Shown piece after piece: positions 37,176 to 46,496 of a stretch of 64,000 nt of DNA. Positions within the stretch are counted from its first letter, which is position 1. Each line of letters starts with the position of its first letter. The position numbers were made by a program, and so were the translations under genes. Source of the stretch: Candidatus Saccharimonadota bacterium (GTDB taxonomy: Bacteria; Patescibacteriota; Saccharimonadia; Saccharimonadales; 2-12-FULL-41-12); NCBI GenBank assembly GCA_022842995.1, contig JALHOM010000001.1, positions 77,985-141,984 of the forward strand. Reading direction: 5' to 3'. Under the pieces are notes generated by a model, which was given only the letters and a program-made list of their open reading frames with translations, was not told the origin of the DNA and did not search any database.

Positions 37176-38285
37176 TTACTTTATATAGTCGTGGAGTTTG
37201 CGGGCGTCTTTGTGCTTGCGAAGTTTTGCCAGTGCCTTGGCTTCAATTTGGCGGATTCGTTCACGCGTAACGCTAAATTCCTGCCCTACTTCTTCGAGAG
37301 TGTGGCTTTTGCCATCTTCTAGACCAAAGCGTAGTTTCAAAATTTTTTGCTCACGTTCGGTAAGGCCTGAAAGCATGTCTTTTACATGCTCTTTTAACAA
37401 CTGTGTGGTCGCCGACTCTTCAGGGCTGACCGTGTCTTCATCTTCGATAAAATCGCCTAAAACACTATCTTCTTCATCGTCACGAACAGATGCGTCTAAT
37501 GAGTGGATGTCTTGCTTGATCTTCATGATGTGTTCGACTTTTTCGACTTCCATCTCCATTGCTTTGGCAATCTCTTCATTGGTCGGTTCTCGGTTCAGTT
37601 CCTGAGTGAGCCGTCGCTGGGTACGGAGCAATTTGTTAATTGTTTCAAACATGTGAACCGGAATGCGAATAACACGCGCCTGGTCAGCAATCGCACGGGT
37701 AATGGCCTGTCGAATCCACCATGTTGCATACGTCGAAAACTTAAATCCTTTGTCTGGATCAAACTTTTCTACCGCACGCAGTAGCCCGGTATTACCTTCT
37801 TGGATCAAATCGAGCAGATCAAGCCCACGACCAACATAGCGCTTCGCAATGCTCACCACCAAACGCATATTGGCTTCGGCCATTTTGTCCTTGGCATCTT
37901 TATCGCCAGCCACCACTCGTTGCGCCAAAGCCAGCTCTTCGTCTGCCTTTAACAGCGGTATTTTACCGATTTCACGCAGATATAACCGCACAGAGTCGTC
38001 GGCGATATCGTCCATATAGTCTTTATCATTAAGGACCACTTCTTCGTCTTCCTCGGCCCATTCATCGGTAAATTCAACGGGCGGGGTCACTTCTTCGTCA
38101 GGAACCGTCACCACAATCTTGGCCTCTGCAAGTTCAGCATAAAGAGCATCCAGAATCTCGGCGTGCTCTGGGCTCTCTGGAATACTCGTAAAAATGAGCT
38201 CTTGATCGATCTTGCCATCTTTTTTGGCTTGCACGACCAAAGCATCTTTGGCGGCTAATAATTCTTTTTTCTTATCTTCAGACAT
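37176..38285 (-). CDS. rpoD: RNA polymerase primary sigma factor
   Basis: [53 protein letters not shown]; follows dnaG. Confidence 0.98.
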   Translation of the reverse strand: MSEDKKKELLAAKDALVVQAKKDGKIDQELIFTSIPESPEHAEILDALYAELAEAKIVVTVPDEEVTPPVEFTDEWAEEDEEVVLNDKDYMDDIADDSVRLYLREIGKIPLLKADEELALAQRVVAGDKDAKDKMAEANMRLVVSIAKRYVGRGLDLLDLIQEGNTGLLRAVEKFDPDKGFKFSTYATWWIRQAITRAIADQARVIRIPVHMFETINKLLRTQRRLTQELNREPTNEEIAKAMEMEVEKVEHIMKIKQDIHSLDASVRDDEEDSVLGDFIEDEDTVSPEESATTQLLKEHVKDMLSGLTEREQKILKLRFGLEDGKSHTLEEVGQEFSVTRERIRQIEAKALAKLRKHKDARKLHDYIK

Positions 38286-38340
38286 AAGCTTTGTCTCCCT
38301 GCTAACTTAACCGCGCGGGCGAGAGAGTCGACCAAGTAGC

Positions 38341-40095
38341 CTACTCTACTCCTCTGCTCAACAACTGATCTAATGCTTTGACCCTTGTTAATAGTGTCTG
38401 TATTTCAGAATCACTAGCGGACTGTAATTGTTCTACGATTTGTTTTTTTTGATCTTTTACATATAACTCGGTATAGCGCGATTTGAGACGTAAGACTTCT
38501 AACTGAAGTTCTAACTGATCGACGTCCGCGTAGAGTTCCTCGAACTGTAATGTTATTATTTTTACATATTCAACGATCTCTTTCAAGTCCTTGGCATCTT
38601 TATGCGAGCCGTCAAAATCTGGATTATTCAGCAAGAACTCAACTAACCGTTGTCTGGCCTCGCCTTCGAACATCTCTGGCATCAAATCAACCATACTACC
38701 CCGCAGGCTTTTGAGGCTAAAGATAAGCGACAACAGCCTGTCGGCAGTTTTATTCAGATCGGCTACATCTCTTTCGGTAGCGACAGGAGCCAACTTGACC
38801 TGTTTTAAGCGTTTCTCGGCCGAATTATTTGAACCAAACATTTGCGAGCGCACACTCTCTGGGTCGGAACCCAGTAATCCAGTCACTTTTGTAACGTAAT
38901 GATCTTGCTCGATCTTGTCGGTCAGACCTTTGATAACCGGCAATACCGCTGCGGCAAACTGTTTTTTACCCAAGACGTCGCTCAGATCAAGATTTTTTTG
39001 ATACGTCGCAATAATCCAATCCACTGCGTAATCGGCTTTAGCAATAACGCGCTTCCAAGCCTCGGGGTCAGACCTCACCAACTCATCAGGGTCTTTGCCG
39101 CTGGGAATCGTCACGACACTCAACTGAACACCGCAAGCAGCAGCAATCGGTATAGCACGCTCGGTGGCAGCTATTCCTGCTCTATCTTCGTCGAAAGCCA
39201 ATCGAACATCCGGCGAAAACCGCCCGAGTAGCTTGAGCTGCATCTGGGTTAAGGCCGTCCCTGCTGTCGCCACAACATTATTTACGCCAGCCTGATGACT
39301 ACTAATAACGTCGAGGTTGCCTTCGGCCAAAACACTGAATTTCTCTTTCTGTATAGCCTTTTTGGCCAGATGGAGTCCATAGACATGCCGAGACTTATCA
39401 TAGAGAGCGGTTGATGGCGTGTTGATGTATTTCGGCGCATCTGGTCGGTCGACAAGTATGCGCGCCGTAAAGCCCACCACCTTGCCAAACTGATCTTGCA
39501 AAGGAATCATGATCCTGCCGCGAAACATATCCTGCAGTCTCCCCGACCGTACGGACGTCAGGCCTGCTGCTTGAATAACTTTTTCATCAAAACCTTTATT
39601 TTTAAGATACGAAAGCAAAACACCACCATGATCAGGGCTGTATCCAATCCGAAAATCTATAACCGTTTTTTTAGTAAAGCCACGCTTCTTCACCACATAG
39701 TCAAAAGCGGTCGCATTGGCGGGTAACTGCGCCTGATAAAACTTCGCAGCAGCTTCTAGCGCGTCATACAAAACATCTTTCGACGGCCCACGAGACTTTC
39801 CAGACTTCGTCTCAAACTGCTCCAGGTCTACCCCGGCCTTACGCGCCAGCAACTCTAAAGTAGCCTTAAAATCCAGACCCTCAACTTCTTGAATAAACGT
39901 AAAGATGTCCCCACCTCGGCCTGAACTAAAATCATGCCAGATCTGTTTTTCGGGGCTCACCACAAAACTCGGCGTCTTTTCGTTACTGAACGGACTCAGG
40001 CCTTTGTAGTTTTTGCCGGCACGCTTAAGATGTACGTACTCCCCAATGACGTCTTCAATATTGATTCGGGCCTTTACCTCTGTAACCGCGTCCAT
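38341..40095 (-). CDS. dnaG: DNA primase
   Basis: PFSNEKTPSF, FRGRIMIP, KYINTP, TOPRIM EGNLD, KDPDE; start at ATG 40095 or 40101. Confidence 0.97.
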   Translation of the reverse strand: MDAVTEVKARINIEDVIGEYVHLKRAGKNYKGLSPFSNEKTPSFVVSPEKQIWHDFSSGRGGDIFTFIQEVEGLDFKATLELLARKAGVDLEQFETKSGKSRGPSKDVLYDALEAAAKFYQAQLPANATAFDYVVKKRGFTKKTVIDFRIGYSPDHGGVLLSYLKNKGFDEKVIQAAGLTSVRSGRLQDMFRGRIMIPLQDQFGKVVGFTARILVDRPDAPKYINTPSTALYDKSRHVYGLHLAKKAIQKEKFSVLAEGNLDVISSHQAGVNNVVATAGTALTQMQLKLLGRFSPDVRLAFDEDRAGIAATERAIPIAAACGVQLSVVTIPSGKDPDELVRSDPEAWKRVIAKADYAVDWIIATYQKNLDLSDVLGKKQFAAAVLPVIKGLTDKIEQDHYVTKVTGLLGSDPESVRSQMFGSNNSAEKRLKQVKLAPVATERDVADLNKTADRLLSLIFSLKSLRGSMVDLMPEMFEGEARQRLVEFLLNNPDFDGSHKDAKDLKEIVEYVKIITLQFEELYADVDQLELQLEVLRLKSRYTELYVKDQKKQIVEQLQSASDSEIQTLLTRVKALDQLLSRGVE

Positions 40096-40220
40096 ACCCA
40101 TCAGTTTAAAGATAAAAGAAGAAAGTTGAAAGCAAAAGACAGCAACCAAAGAGCCTTTCTCGCGGTAATATCAAGATACCTTGTTCGAAAAAGCAATTGA
40201 AATCAGATACAATAGTGCTT

Positions 40221-40835
40221 ATGCAACCAAACGGCACAGCCCCACTACCCCCTGACCACGATCCATTTGCCTTTATTACACAAGACAACCCTGTACCCAA
40301 GAAAACACTGGTCAACCCTTCTAGCATGAAGGCGCAGATTGCTATAATTGTCGGCTTTGTCATCTTACTCATAATTGGCGCGATTATTACCGTCAGCTTG
40401 CTCGGTGGTGGAGACAAAGATAGAACCCAAAGTTACATCGAGATCTCGCAACGCCAAACCGAAATCATCCGCATTAGTGCCCTTGCCAGCGAAAAAGCCA
40501 AAAGTCTTGAGACAAAATCACTCGCCTACACCACCAACCTGGCTGTTTCGTCTTCGCAAAAAGAGCTAACGACCATTCTCGTAAAGCGCGGCGTTACCGA
40601 AAAAGCCCTTGCCAAAGAGCTTGGCGCTCTCAAAAATAGCAAAAGCGACGAACTACTCGCCGAGGCCGAACGCAACAACCGCTACGACGAAACTTTCAAA
40701 GAAATATTAAACACCGAACTCACTAACTACCAAAAACAACTCAACGCCGTATCTGGTGGGGCTAAAAAATCGGAGTTCGCCGTCCTCGAAAAGTCCTTCA
40801 ACCAGATCTCGGTCATCCAAAAATCAGATAAATAG
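40221..40835 (+). CDS. Membrane-anchored helical hypothetical protein
   Basis: One TM helix then a helical domain; TACAAT 7 nt before ATG 40221. Confidence 0.75.
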   Translation: MQPNGTAPLPPDHDPFAFITQDNPVPKKTLVNPSSMKAQIAIIVGFVILLIIGAIITVSLLGGGDKDRTQSYIEISQRQTEIIRISALASEKAKSLETKSLAYTTNLAVSSSQKELTTILVKRGVTEKALAKELGALKNSKSDELLAEAERNNRYDETFKEILNTELTNYQKQLNAVSGGAKKSEFAVLEKSFNQISVIQKSDK

Positions 40836-40845
40836 ATGCTAGCTC

Positions 40846-41083
40846 TGAGTTATGAGTTAAGAGTTATGAGTTAAGATTCGCCTTACGGCGAAAGGGGAAT
40901 GGGAGCTCGTAGCTAGCCGCTAGTAGCTAGGGGCTAGGAGCTACTCTTGTCTCTTGACTCATACCTCTTAACTCTAATTTAGAAATTTGAAATTTGAAAT
41001 TGGCATTAACCCAAAAATCGCTATTACCAACCACAACCGAATAAAACATACTCAGCGAGTTTCTAGTTTCTAGTTTCTAGTTT
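40846..41083. repeat. Nested heptamer repeat region (GAGTTAw, TAGCTAG, GAAATTT, TTTCTAG)
   Basis: Four heptamer families between convergent genes; GAGTTA arrays have inverted counterparts (ACTCATA/CTCTTAACTC) and GAAATTT pairs with TTTCTAG. Confidence 0.85.
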
Positions 41084-41397
41084 CCGGTTACCAAATTATA
41101 GCTGTGCACTATAAAACCCTGCACTTCTTCCCAGGGGAGCTGCCCGGTCAAAATAAGCGTGTTCCAGTGCTTTTTGTTCAGATGATAACCCGGCATGACC
41201 GTCTCGTACTTTTCTCGTAATACTATTGCAAGCTGAGGGTCGCATTTTAGACTTAGCCGCACCGGATCAGATTTCTCGGCTATGAGCGCAAACATTTTGT
41301 CGCCAACTTTATATACCGCGACTTCTTCTCCGAAAGGATATTCAAGCCTGGCATTAGGCATCTCGAGCAGATATTGTTCGACAGTTTTGTGGTCCAT
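41077..41397 (-). CDS. MmcQ/YjbR family DNA-binding protein
   Basis: PFG..VAVYKVGDKMFAL, LKCDP, PGYHLNKKHWNT. Confidence 0.93.
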   Translation of the reverse strand: MDHKTVEQYLLEMPNARLEYPFGEEVAVYKVGDKMFALIAEKSDPVRLSLKCDPQLAIVLREKYETVMPGYHLNKKHWNTLILTGQLPWEEVQGFIVHSYNLVTGN

Positions 41398-41500
41398 TTA
41401 TACTTTAGTTTAAAGATAAAAGACTAAAGAGAAAAGAGCTTATACTTAAATTCCCGTGGTCCAAAATAAAGCCCCGTCCCACAAGGTCATTAGTCATTCC

Positions 41501-41552
41501 AAAAAACATGTAAAAATTGTACGCGATCGTGTAAAACTTTTACATGTTTTTT
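41501..41552. repeat. AT-rich inverted repeat
   Basis: AAAAAACATGTAAAA...TTTTACATGTTTTTT (15-bp arms) with inner TACGCG/CGTGTA pairing. Confidence 0.75.
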
Positions 41553-41590
41553 AAGGTAGAAGGTGTCTGTAATAAATTAACATAAGCTTA

Positions 41591-41619
41591 TTGACTTTTT
41601 AGCATAAGCGTGCTAAGGT
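41591..41619 (+). promoter_or_regulatory. Sigma-70-type promoter with AGCATAAGC spacer motif
   Basis: TTGACT-ttttagcataagcgtgc-TAAGGT (17 bp); a second ACATAAGC lies just upstream. Confidence 0.6.
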
Positions 41620-41658
41620 AGTTATATTACATAATCAAAAACAAAAAGGATACAAAAA

Positions 41659-41922
41659 ATGATTTCAGACGCTAACCCCGAAATTGACCAAAGAGAAAAA
41701 GCTGTCGCGACAGGAAATATTCCAGTGATTGACGCGAGCACCGGGAGTGAAACTGTCAAAGTAGAAAGGACAAGCCTGCAACCAGTCGCTGAAACCGTTG
41801 GGCCAATAGCAACAGCCGGCGCATCAACCGACCCAGAAATGATGACGCCTTACACCAATGGCAGTACACAGCTCACCAATAGCAATCAAAGCCCTAGCCA
41901 GCCCGATGCATATAGAGGATAA
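41659..41922 (+). CDS. Small orphan hypothetical protein
   Basis: 87 aa, AAGGA SD, promoter upstream. Confidence 0.6.
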   Translation: MISDANPEIDQREKAVATGNIPVIDASTGSETVKVERTSLQPVAETVGPIATAGASTDPEMMTPYTNGSTQLTNSNQSPSQPDAYRG

Positions 41923-41963
41923 CTAGTATTCAATAAAGGTTCAGGTCTTCGCGAACACCTAGG

Positions 41964-42512
41964 CTAGTCGCGCATGGCGCCTAGGTAATACTGAAGTTCA
42001 GCAATACTTGCCTGTATATCATCGAAAGCTCGGTGCACTTCCTTCTTGCTGAAGTTAATTCCTTTACTCTGCATAACAATTTTAAAGCTACTGACATCCA
42101 GCATGCGGTAATGGAGTAATTCTTCAACCTCTGGCCACCACTGACGAATAAATATCCGGTCATTATGAATAGAGTTTCCAGCTAAAACTGCTGGCTCATC
42201 ACCAAACTGCGCTTTAATAAAACCCACTACTTCATGGATGACGTCACGCTCGCCCTGACCGCTAACGCGGATTCGCTCGGTTAAACCACTTTTTTCGTGG
42301 TGCTCTTTGGCCCAGGGGTGCATGTTTTCCAAAACTTCATCGCTTTGTGCAATCACTGCTTCGTAACTTGCCAGGGTCTTAAAATCAAAGTCAGTGACCT
42401 CGGCCGCGATTTCCAAAATCCTGTCATTTTCGGGGTCAAGGCCGGTCATTTCTAGGTCTACCCAAAAAAGTTTTGTTGGCAAACGGTTTTTGTCGATATT
42501 GGGGACACTCAT
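41964..42512 (-). CDS. orn: Oligoribonuclease
   Basis: WVDLEMTGLD, GNSIHNDR, HYRMLDVSS, HRAFDDIQASIAELQYY. Confidence 0.95.
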   Translation of the reverse strand: MSVPNIDKNRLPTKLFWVDLEMTGLDPENDRILEIAAEVTDFDFKTLASYEAVIAQSDEVLENMHPWAKEHHEKSGLTERIRVSGQGERDVIHEVVGFIKAQFGDEPAVLAGNSIHNDRIFIRQWWPEVEELLHYRMLDVSSFKIVMQSKGINFSKKEVHRAFDDIQASIAELQYYLGAMRD

Positions 42513-42609
42513 AATCGTTCATAGTATAACAACTCTGCGACAATCGCGCCTTACTTATTTGCCTCTTCGACTAGACTAGAAGAGGCGACTAACAGATGAG
42601 CATGCTATT

Positions 42610-43404
42610 ATGCCAAAGATGCGCCGTAAACTAGTCATAACAATTGTCGTCGCCCTGCTCACACTGTCGGGAGGTGGCCTTTACTTATGGCTCAACCGAC
42701 AGTCGCCTCAAGTTAAGCCATCCTCTAACGACAGTACATTCCAGAAAATACCTCCACAGGACGAGCCGACGAACGAGCAATCCACCCCGGAACCTACGCC
42801 GCCTCCTGTCGCCATAGCACCGCCGGGATTTAATAAATCTCTTTACTCGATAGACGATCCGACCAGTCCCTGGGTAATTGTTAATAAAAAACGACCCTTG
42901 CCCGAGACATACGCCCCGGCCGATCTTTCGACTATAGCCGGAGGCCAGCTGCGCTCACTGGCCGCAAGTGCCCTTAACGACCTCATCATCGCTGGTAAAG
43001 CCGCGGGGCAAAATCTGCAAATCATCAGCTCATATCGGTCTTTTTCGACCCAGTCGATAACCTATAACGGCTACGTGGCTCGTGACGGACAGGCTACGGC
43101 CGACACCTACAGTGCGCGCCCCGGCCATAGCGAACATCAGACCGGACTAGCCGTCGATCTTGGCAGTGGGTCATGTAATTTAGAGATATGTTTTGGCGAC
43201 ACCCCTGCCGGAAAATGGCTGGCCGCCAACGCGCCGAATTATGGCTTTATTATCCGCTACCCAAACGGTAAAACCCAGGTCACGGGTTATCAATACGAAC
43301 CGTGGCACATCCGTTATGTCGGCAAGGAACTGGCTGTCGAGATTAAAGCCAAAAATGTTACTTTAGAAGAATTTTTTGGGTTGCCTGCAGCCCCAAATTA
43401 CTAA
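42610..43404 (+). CDS. M15B D-Ala-D-Ala carboxypeptidase (VanY/LdcB-like)
   Basis: SSYRS..Q, SARPGHSEHQTGLAVD, YEPWHIRYVG; N-terminal TM. Confidence 0.93.
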   Translation: MPKMRRKLVITIVVALLTLSGGGLYLWLNRQSPQVKPSSNDSTFQKIPPQDEPTNEQSTPEPTPPPVAIAPPGFNKSLYSIDDPTSPWVIVNKKRPLPETYAPADLSTIAGGQLRSLAASALNDLIIAGKAAGQNLQIISSYRSFSTQSITYNGYVARDGQATADTYSARPGHSEHQTGLAVDLGSGSCNLEICFGDTPAGKWLAANAPNYGFIIRYPNGKTQVTGYQYEPWHIRYVGKELAVEIKAKNVTLEEFFGLPAAPNY

Positions 43405-44044
43405 ACAATTTACGAAGGGCATCGACAGTTTTGATCACCTCATATGGCCGAGCTTTTTTGAGCATTAACTCTGTCTGAAGCCCCCATACGACGGCAACGC
43501 CATTGACACCGGCTATGTTGGCGGCATCAATATCACGCACTTCATCACCCACCATAAAGACGTTGTTTGGATCCAGACGATATTTCCGAACAAGTTTTTT
43601 GATTGAGGCGGCCTTGCCAAATAGTGGCGGCCTCTTCAAAACAGTAACGCCATGCTCTATGCCTTCGCGCCTCATAACAGAACGTATCGTTGTGGGGCTA
43701 TTGGAACTTAAGATGTAAATTTTCCAACCAGCCCCGTCAAGCTCTTTGATGAGCTGCACTACTCCGTCAAAAAGCTTCACTTCCTTCCGTTTTTGATAAA
43801 ACAGTTTACGGCCTTCGTTCATGACGCCCGGTAATTGCCACGGCTTAACGCCAATAAATCGCATCGCGTCTTTAAGACTACCGTTTTGCAGCTTACGAAA
43901 TGTCGGATCATCGATAACCGGATACCCACGACGAATTGCCATCTGGGCATATATTTCGCGCAGCATCGGTATAACATCGGCCAATGTCCCATCAAAATCA
44001 AAGATGACCACACGCGACTCTGAGTATTTCAGTCGACCTCTCAT
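43358..44044 (-). CDS. HAD phosphatase (phosphoglycolate phosphatase-like)
   Basis: IFDFDGTLAD, LSSN, MVGDEVRD. Confidence 0.88.
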   Translation of the reverse strand: MRGRLKYSESRVVIFDFDGTLADVIPMLREIYAQMAIRRGYPVIDDPTFRKLQNGSLKDAMRFIGVKPWQLPGVMNEGRKLFYQKRKEVKLFDGVVQLIKELDGAGWKIYILSSNSPTTIRSVMRREGIEHGVTVLKRPPLFGKAASIKKLVRKYRLDPNNVFMVGDEVRDIDAANIAGVNGVAVVWGLQTELMLKKARPYEVIKTVDALRKLFSNLGLQATQKILLK

Positions 44045-45739
44045 CTACATTTTTTCCGGTGTTGGAATACCCAAAATCTCGAGCCCGTCTTGCAAGACAT
44101 ATTTCACAACCGACAGTAGCCACAATCGTGAATCTCGCTCACGAAGCTCGGACTGCAAGACCTGCACCGCCTCATAATAACGATTGAGTTCTTTAGCTAG
44201 GTCATAGAGATACGCCGCCAGTTTGTGCATTTCATACGAGTCATGAAGTTCACGCAGTAATTCGGGATACTCCAAAACGCTGAGCAGCAGAGGCTTTTCG
44301 CTAGCCCAATCATAGTCTGGGTGAGGCTTTGGATTTGCAACTTCCGACTTGGCTAGAATACTCCTTATCCTGACCGCGGCGTACTGTACCGCTGGACCAG
44401 AAAAGCCATGGACGCTAAACATAGTCTCCCAGTCAAAGAGGACGCCATTCTTCCTATCCGAGGCAAAATCGTTAAACTTAATTGCCGCCAGAGCTACCGC
44501 ATGTGTATCTTCCGAAGCAATATCTGAGACAAACTCCTTGGCTTTTTGTTCAGCGTAGTCAATAAGGTCGTTCATGAGCACCACACCTTTACGCGAACTC
44601 ATTTTCTCTCTGGTTCCGTCCTCATTCTTTTGATCTATAAGTCCATGCCAGAGGTGCGTCACTTGCGCGCTATATCCCGCTTTTTTTACTACAGCGTTTA
44701 ACTGCCGGAAATAAAATGCCTGCTCCTGCCCGGTGTGAACAAATGTCTTCACGGGGTTCCAGGTGTTTTGTCGGTATTCAACGGTAGCCAGGTCGGTTGT
44801 AGCATATAATGCTGCGCCATTGGCCTTCCTGAGCATTAACGGGGTATCAATCCGTTCATCTTCAAGGGAGACAATCACAGCACCTTCACTGTTAGTGGCC
44901 ACCCCTTTGTCGAGTAATTCATCAACAAGCTGCTGTCCCCTCTCAACAAATACCGACTCCCCGAGCTCATATTCTGTCGAGATTCCCAGGCGGTTCATGA
45001 CCTGATGCATGTGGTCCAGCGAGATTTGATTGAACCTGTTGCTATAGCCAAGAGCTTCACTGTCGCTAGACTCCAATTTTTTGAGCCATTTTTGTACTTC
45101 GTCGGCCATCTCATGCCCACCAGCTTCTTTTTCAGCCTTGAGATCGGATGAAATCTGGATATAAACCCGAGCAAGTTCAGCAATACCATCTAAAGCCAAC
45201 TTTTCTTCTGAGCTATTGCGCAAAAACCCAACAACCCACTTTCCAAATGGCGTGCCAGAGTCACCGAGATGATTGTCGGTGATAACGTTATAACCCATCC
45301 TCAACATCAACTGATAAATGGCCCACCCCTGCAAAGCCGGACGCATATGCCCGACGCTGAAAGGTTTTGCCATGTTAGGACTTGGGAATTCGCAAACGAC
45401 AGTGAGTCCACTTCCTAGCTGAGACCTACCGAACCGTTCCTTTTGTTCGTTTGTCAATCTGTAAAGCTTTTGAAAATACGCCGTCTTTGGAAGTGTAATG
45501 TTTATAAACCCGGGCCCCGCTACTTGAGCTGATTCAATCATCTCATGTTCATTAAGTCTCAGGGACACAGCTTCGGCAATTTCACGAGGATTCTTGCCAA
45601 TCTTTCCTGATAGCTGAAGAGCAATATTGGAGGCAAAATCACCATGCTCCTCGGCAGTTCGCGAAACAACCACGTCACCTTCGTAATCAAATAAGTCTTT
45701 AACCAGGCCCGATAAAAGGACTTCTAATTCTTGCCTCAT
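44045..45739 (-). CDS. argS: Arginine--tRNA ligase
   Basis: HGDFASN, VAGPGFIN, SPNMAKPFSVGH, YATTDLA, KMSSRKG, QYAAVRI, C-terminal PEKM. Confidence 0.96.
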   Translation of the reverse strand: MRQELEVLLSGLVKDLFDYEGDVVVSRTAEEHGDFASNIALQLSGKIGKNPREIAEAVSLRLNEHEMIESAQVAGPGFINITLPKTAYFQKLYRLTNEQKERFGRSQLGSGLTVVCEFPSPNMAKPFSVGHMRPALQGWAIYQLMLRMGYNVITDNHLGDSGTPFGKWVVGFLRNSSEEKLALDGIAELARVYIQISSDLKAEKEAGGHEMADEVQKWLKKLESSDSEALGYSNRFNQISLDHMHQVMNRLGISTEYELGESVFVERGQQLVDELLDKGVATNSEGAVIVSLEDERIDTPLMLRKANGAALYATTDLATVEYRQNTWNPVKTFVHTGQEQAFYFRQLNAVVKKAGYSAQVTHLWHGLIDQKNEDGTREKMSSRKGVVLMNDLIDYAEQKAKEFVSDIASEDTHAVALAAIKFNDFASDRKNGVLFDWETMFSVHGFSGPAVQYAAVRIRSILAKSEVANPKPHPDYDWASEKPLLLSVLEYPELLRELHDSYEMHKLAAYLYDLAKELNRYYEAVQVLQSELRERDSRLWLLSVVKYVLQDGLEILGIPTPEKM

Positions 45740-45770
45740 AACAGCGGTAATTATATCAGATCAGGACACT

Positions 45771-46457
45771 TTAGCTTTTGGTTTTACCGGCCTGCTCGAG
45801 CAAGCGACCATATTCCCACACCACGAAATAGACCACACTGATCAATCCAAAGAATATCAACGTCGTTACATACGTCTGCGTATGAGCAAGCGGATTAACA
45901 ATTCGATCACTCACATCGAACAGCAAACCAGCTGGTCTCAGCAAAATATCCCAGGTATTCCAGCGGGAATATCGGCCCAAATAAATCGCAAAGCTCACCA
46001 GAAGTATCAGCATACTAATTACCGACCACGAGATAGTTGTCGAGAGCCGTTTATGTAGCTCGCGGTGCACTATATAAATACTGGTATAGCCCAAAATCAT
46101 GCCGCTTACGGCAAATGCCATGATCAGCACCGCATCATAAAGCACTGCTACCTCGTAAGTTCGGCCCAGATGAATAAAATCCGTCACAATATAAAAACTA
46201 TTCGGCAAAAAAACTAACCAAAGAAAAGTCAAAACTAGCTGTTGCCATGCACCCCACCCGCTGCTACGGATTCGGTGCACCAACCACCAAGCTAGCAACG
46301 GCGCCACGGCAGCTAAAGCCAGATTCCATATCAAAAACAAAAACCGACTGCTATCGCTTTCAAGGTAACGCGCCAGCACCATAAAGATCGAAAACCCGAC
46401 CACACCAAAAAGACTTATTATAAAGCGCTTCGGACTTGGGTTAGCTGTTTTGGTCAT
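45771..46457 (-). CDS. DUF1361 membrane protein
   Basis: WNLALA, FLPNSFYIVTDFIHL, IYLGRYSRWNTWD. Confidence 0.88.
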   Translation of the reverse strand: MTKTANPSPKRFIISLFGVVGFSIFMVLARYLESDSSRFLFLIWNLALAAVAPLLAWWLVHRIRSSGWGAWQQLVLTFLWLVFLPNSFYIVTDFIHLGRTYEVAVLYDAVLIMAFAVSGMILGYTSIYIVHRELHKRLSTTISWSVISMLILLVSFAIYLGRYSRWNTWDILLRPAGLLFDVSDRIVNPLAHTQTYVTTLIFFGLISVVYFVVWEYGRLLEQAGKTKS

Positions 46458-46496
46458 AGAAAGACATTATACCAAATCACCCCTGTTAGGGCCGCT

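Noticed and set aside
35976..37257. Prophage/ICE with attL/attR in the rpoD 3' end
   Set aside because: The interval is only ~1.2 kb, holds a single sigma gene, has no integrase, and the repeats are diverged rather than identical
42610..43404. vanY as part of a glycopeptide-resistance cluster
   Set aside because: No vanA/H/X/R/S nearby; consistent with a housekeeping M15B carboxypeptidase
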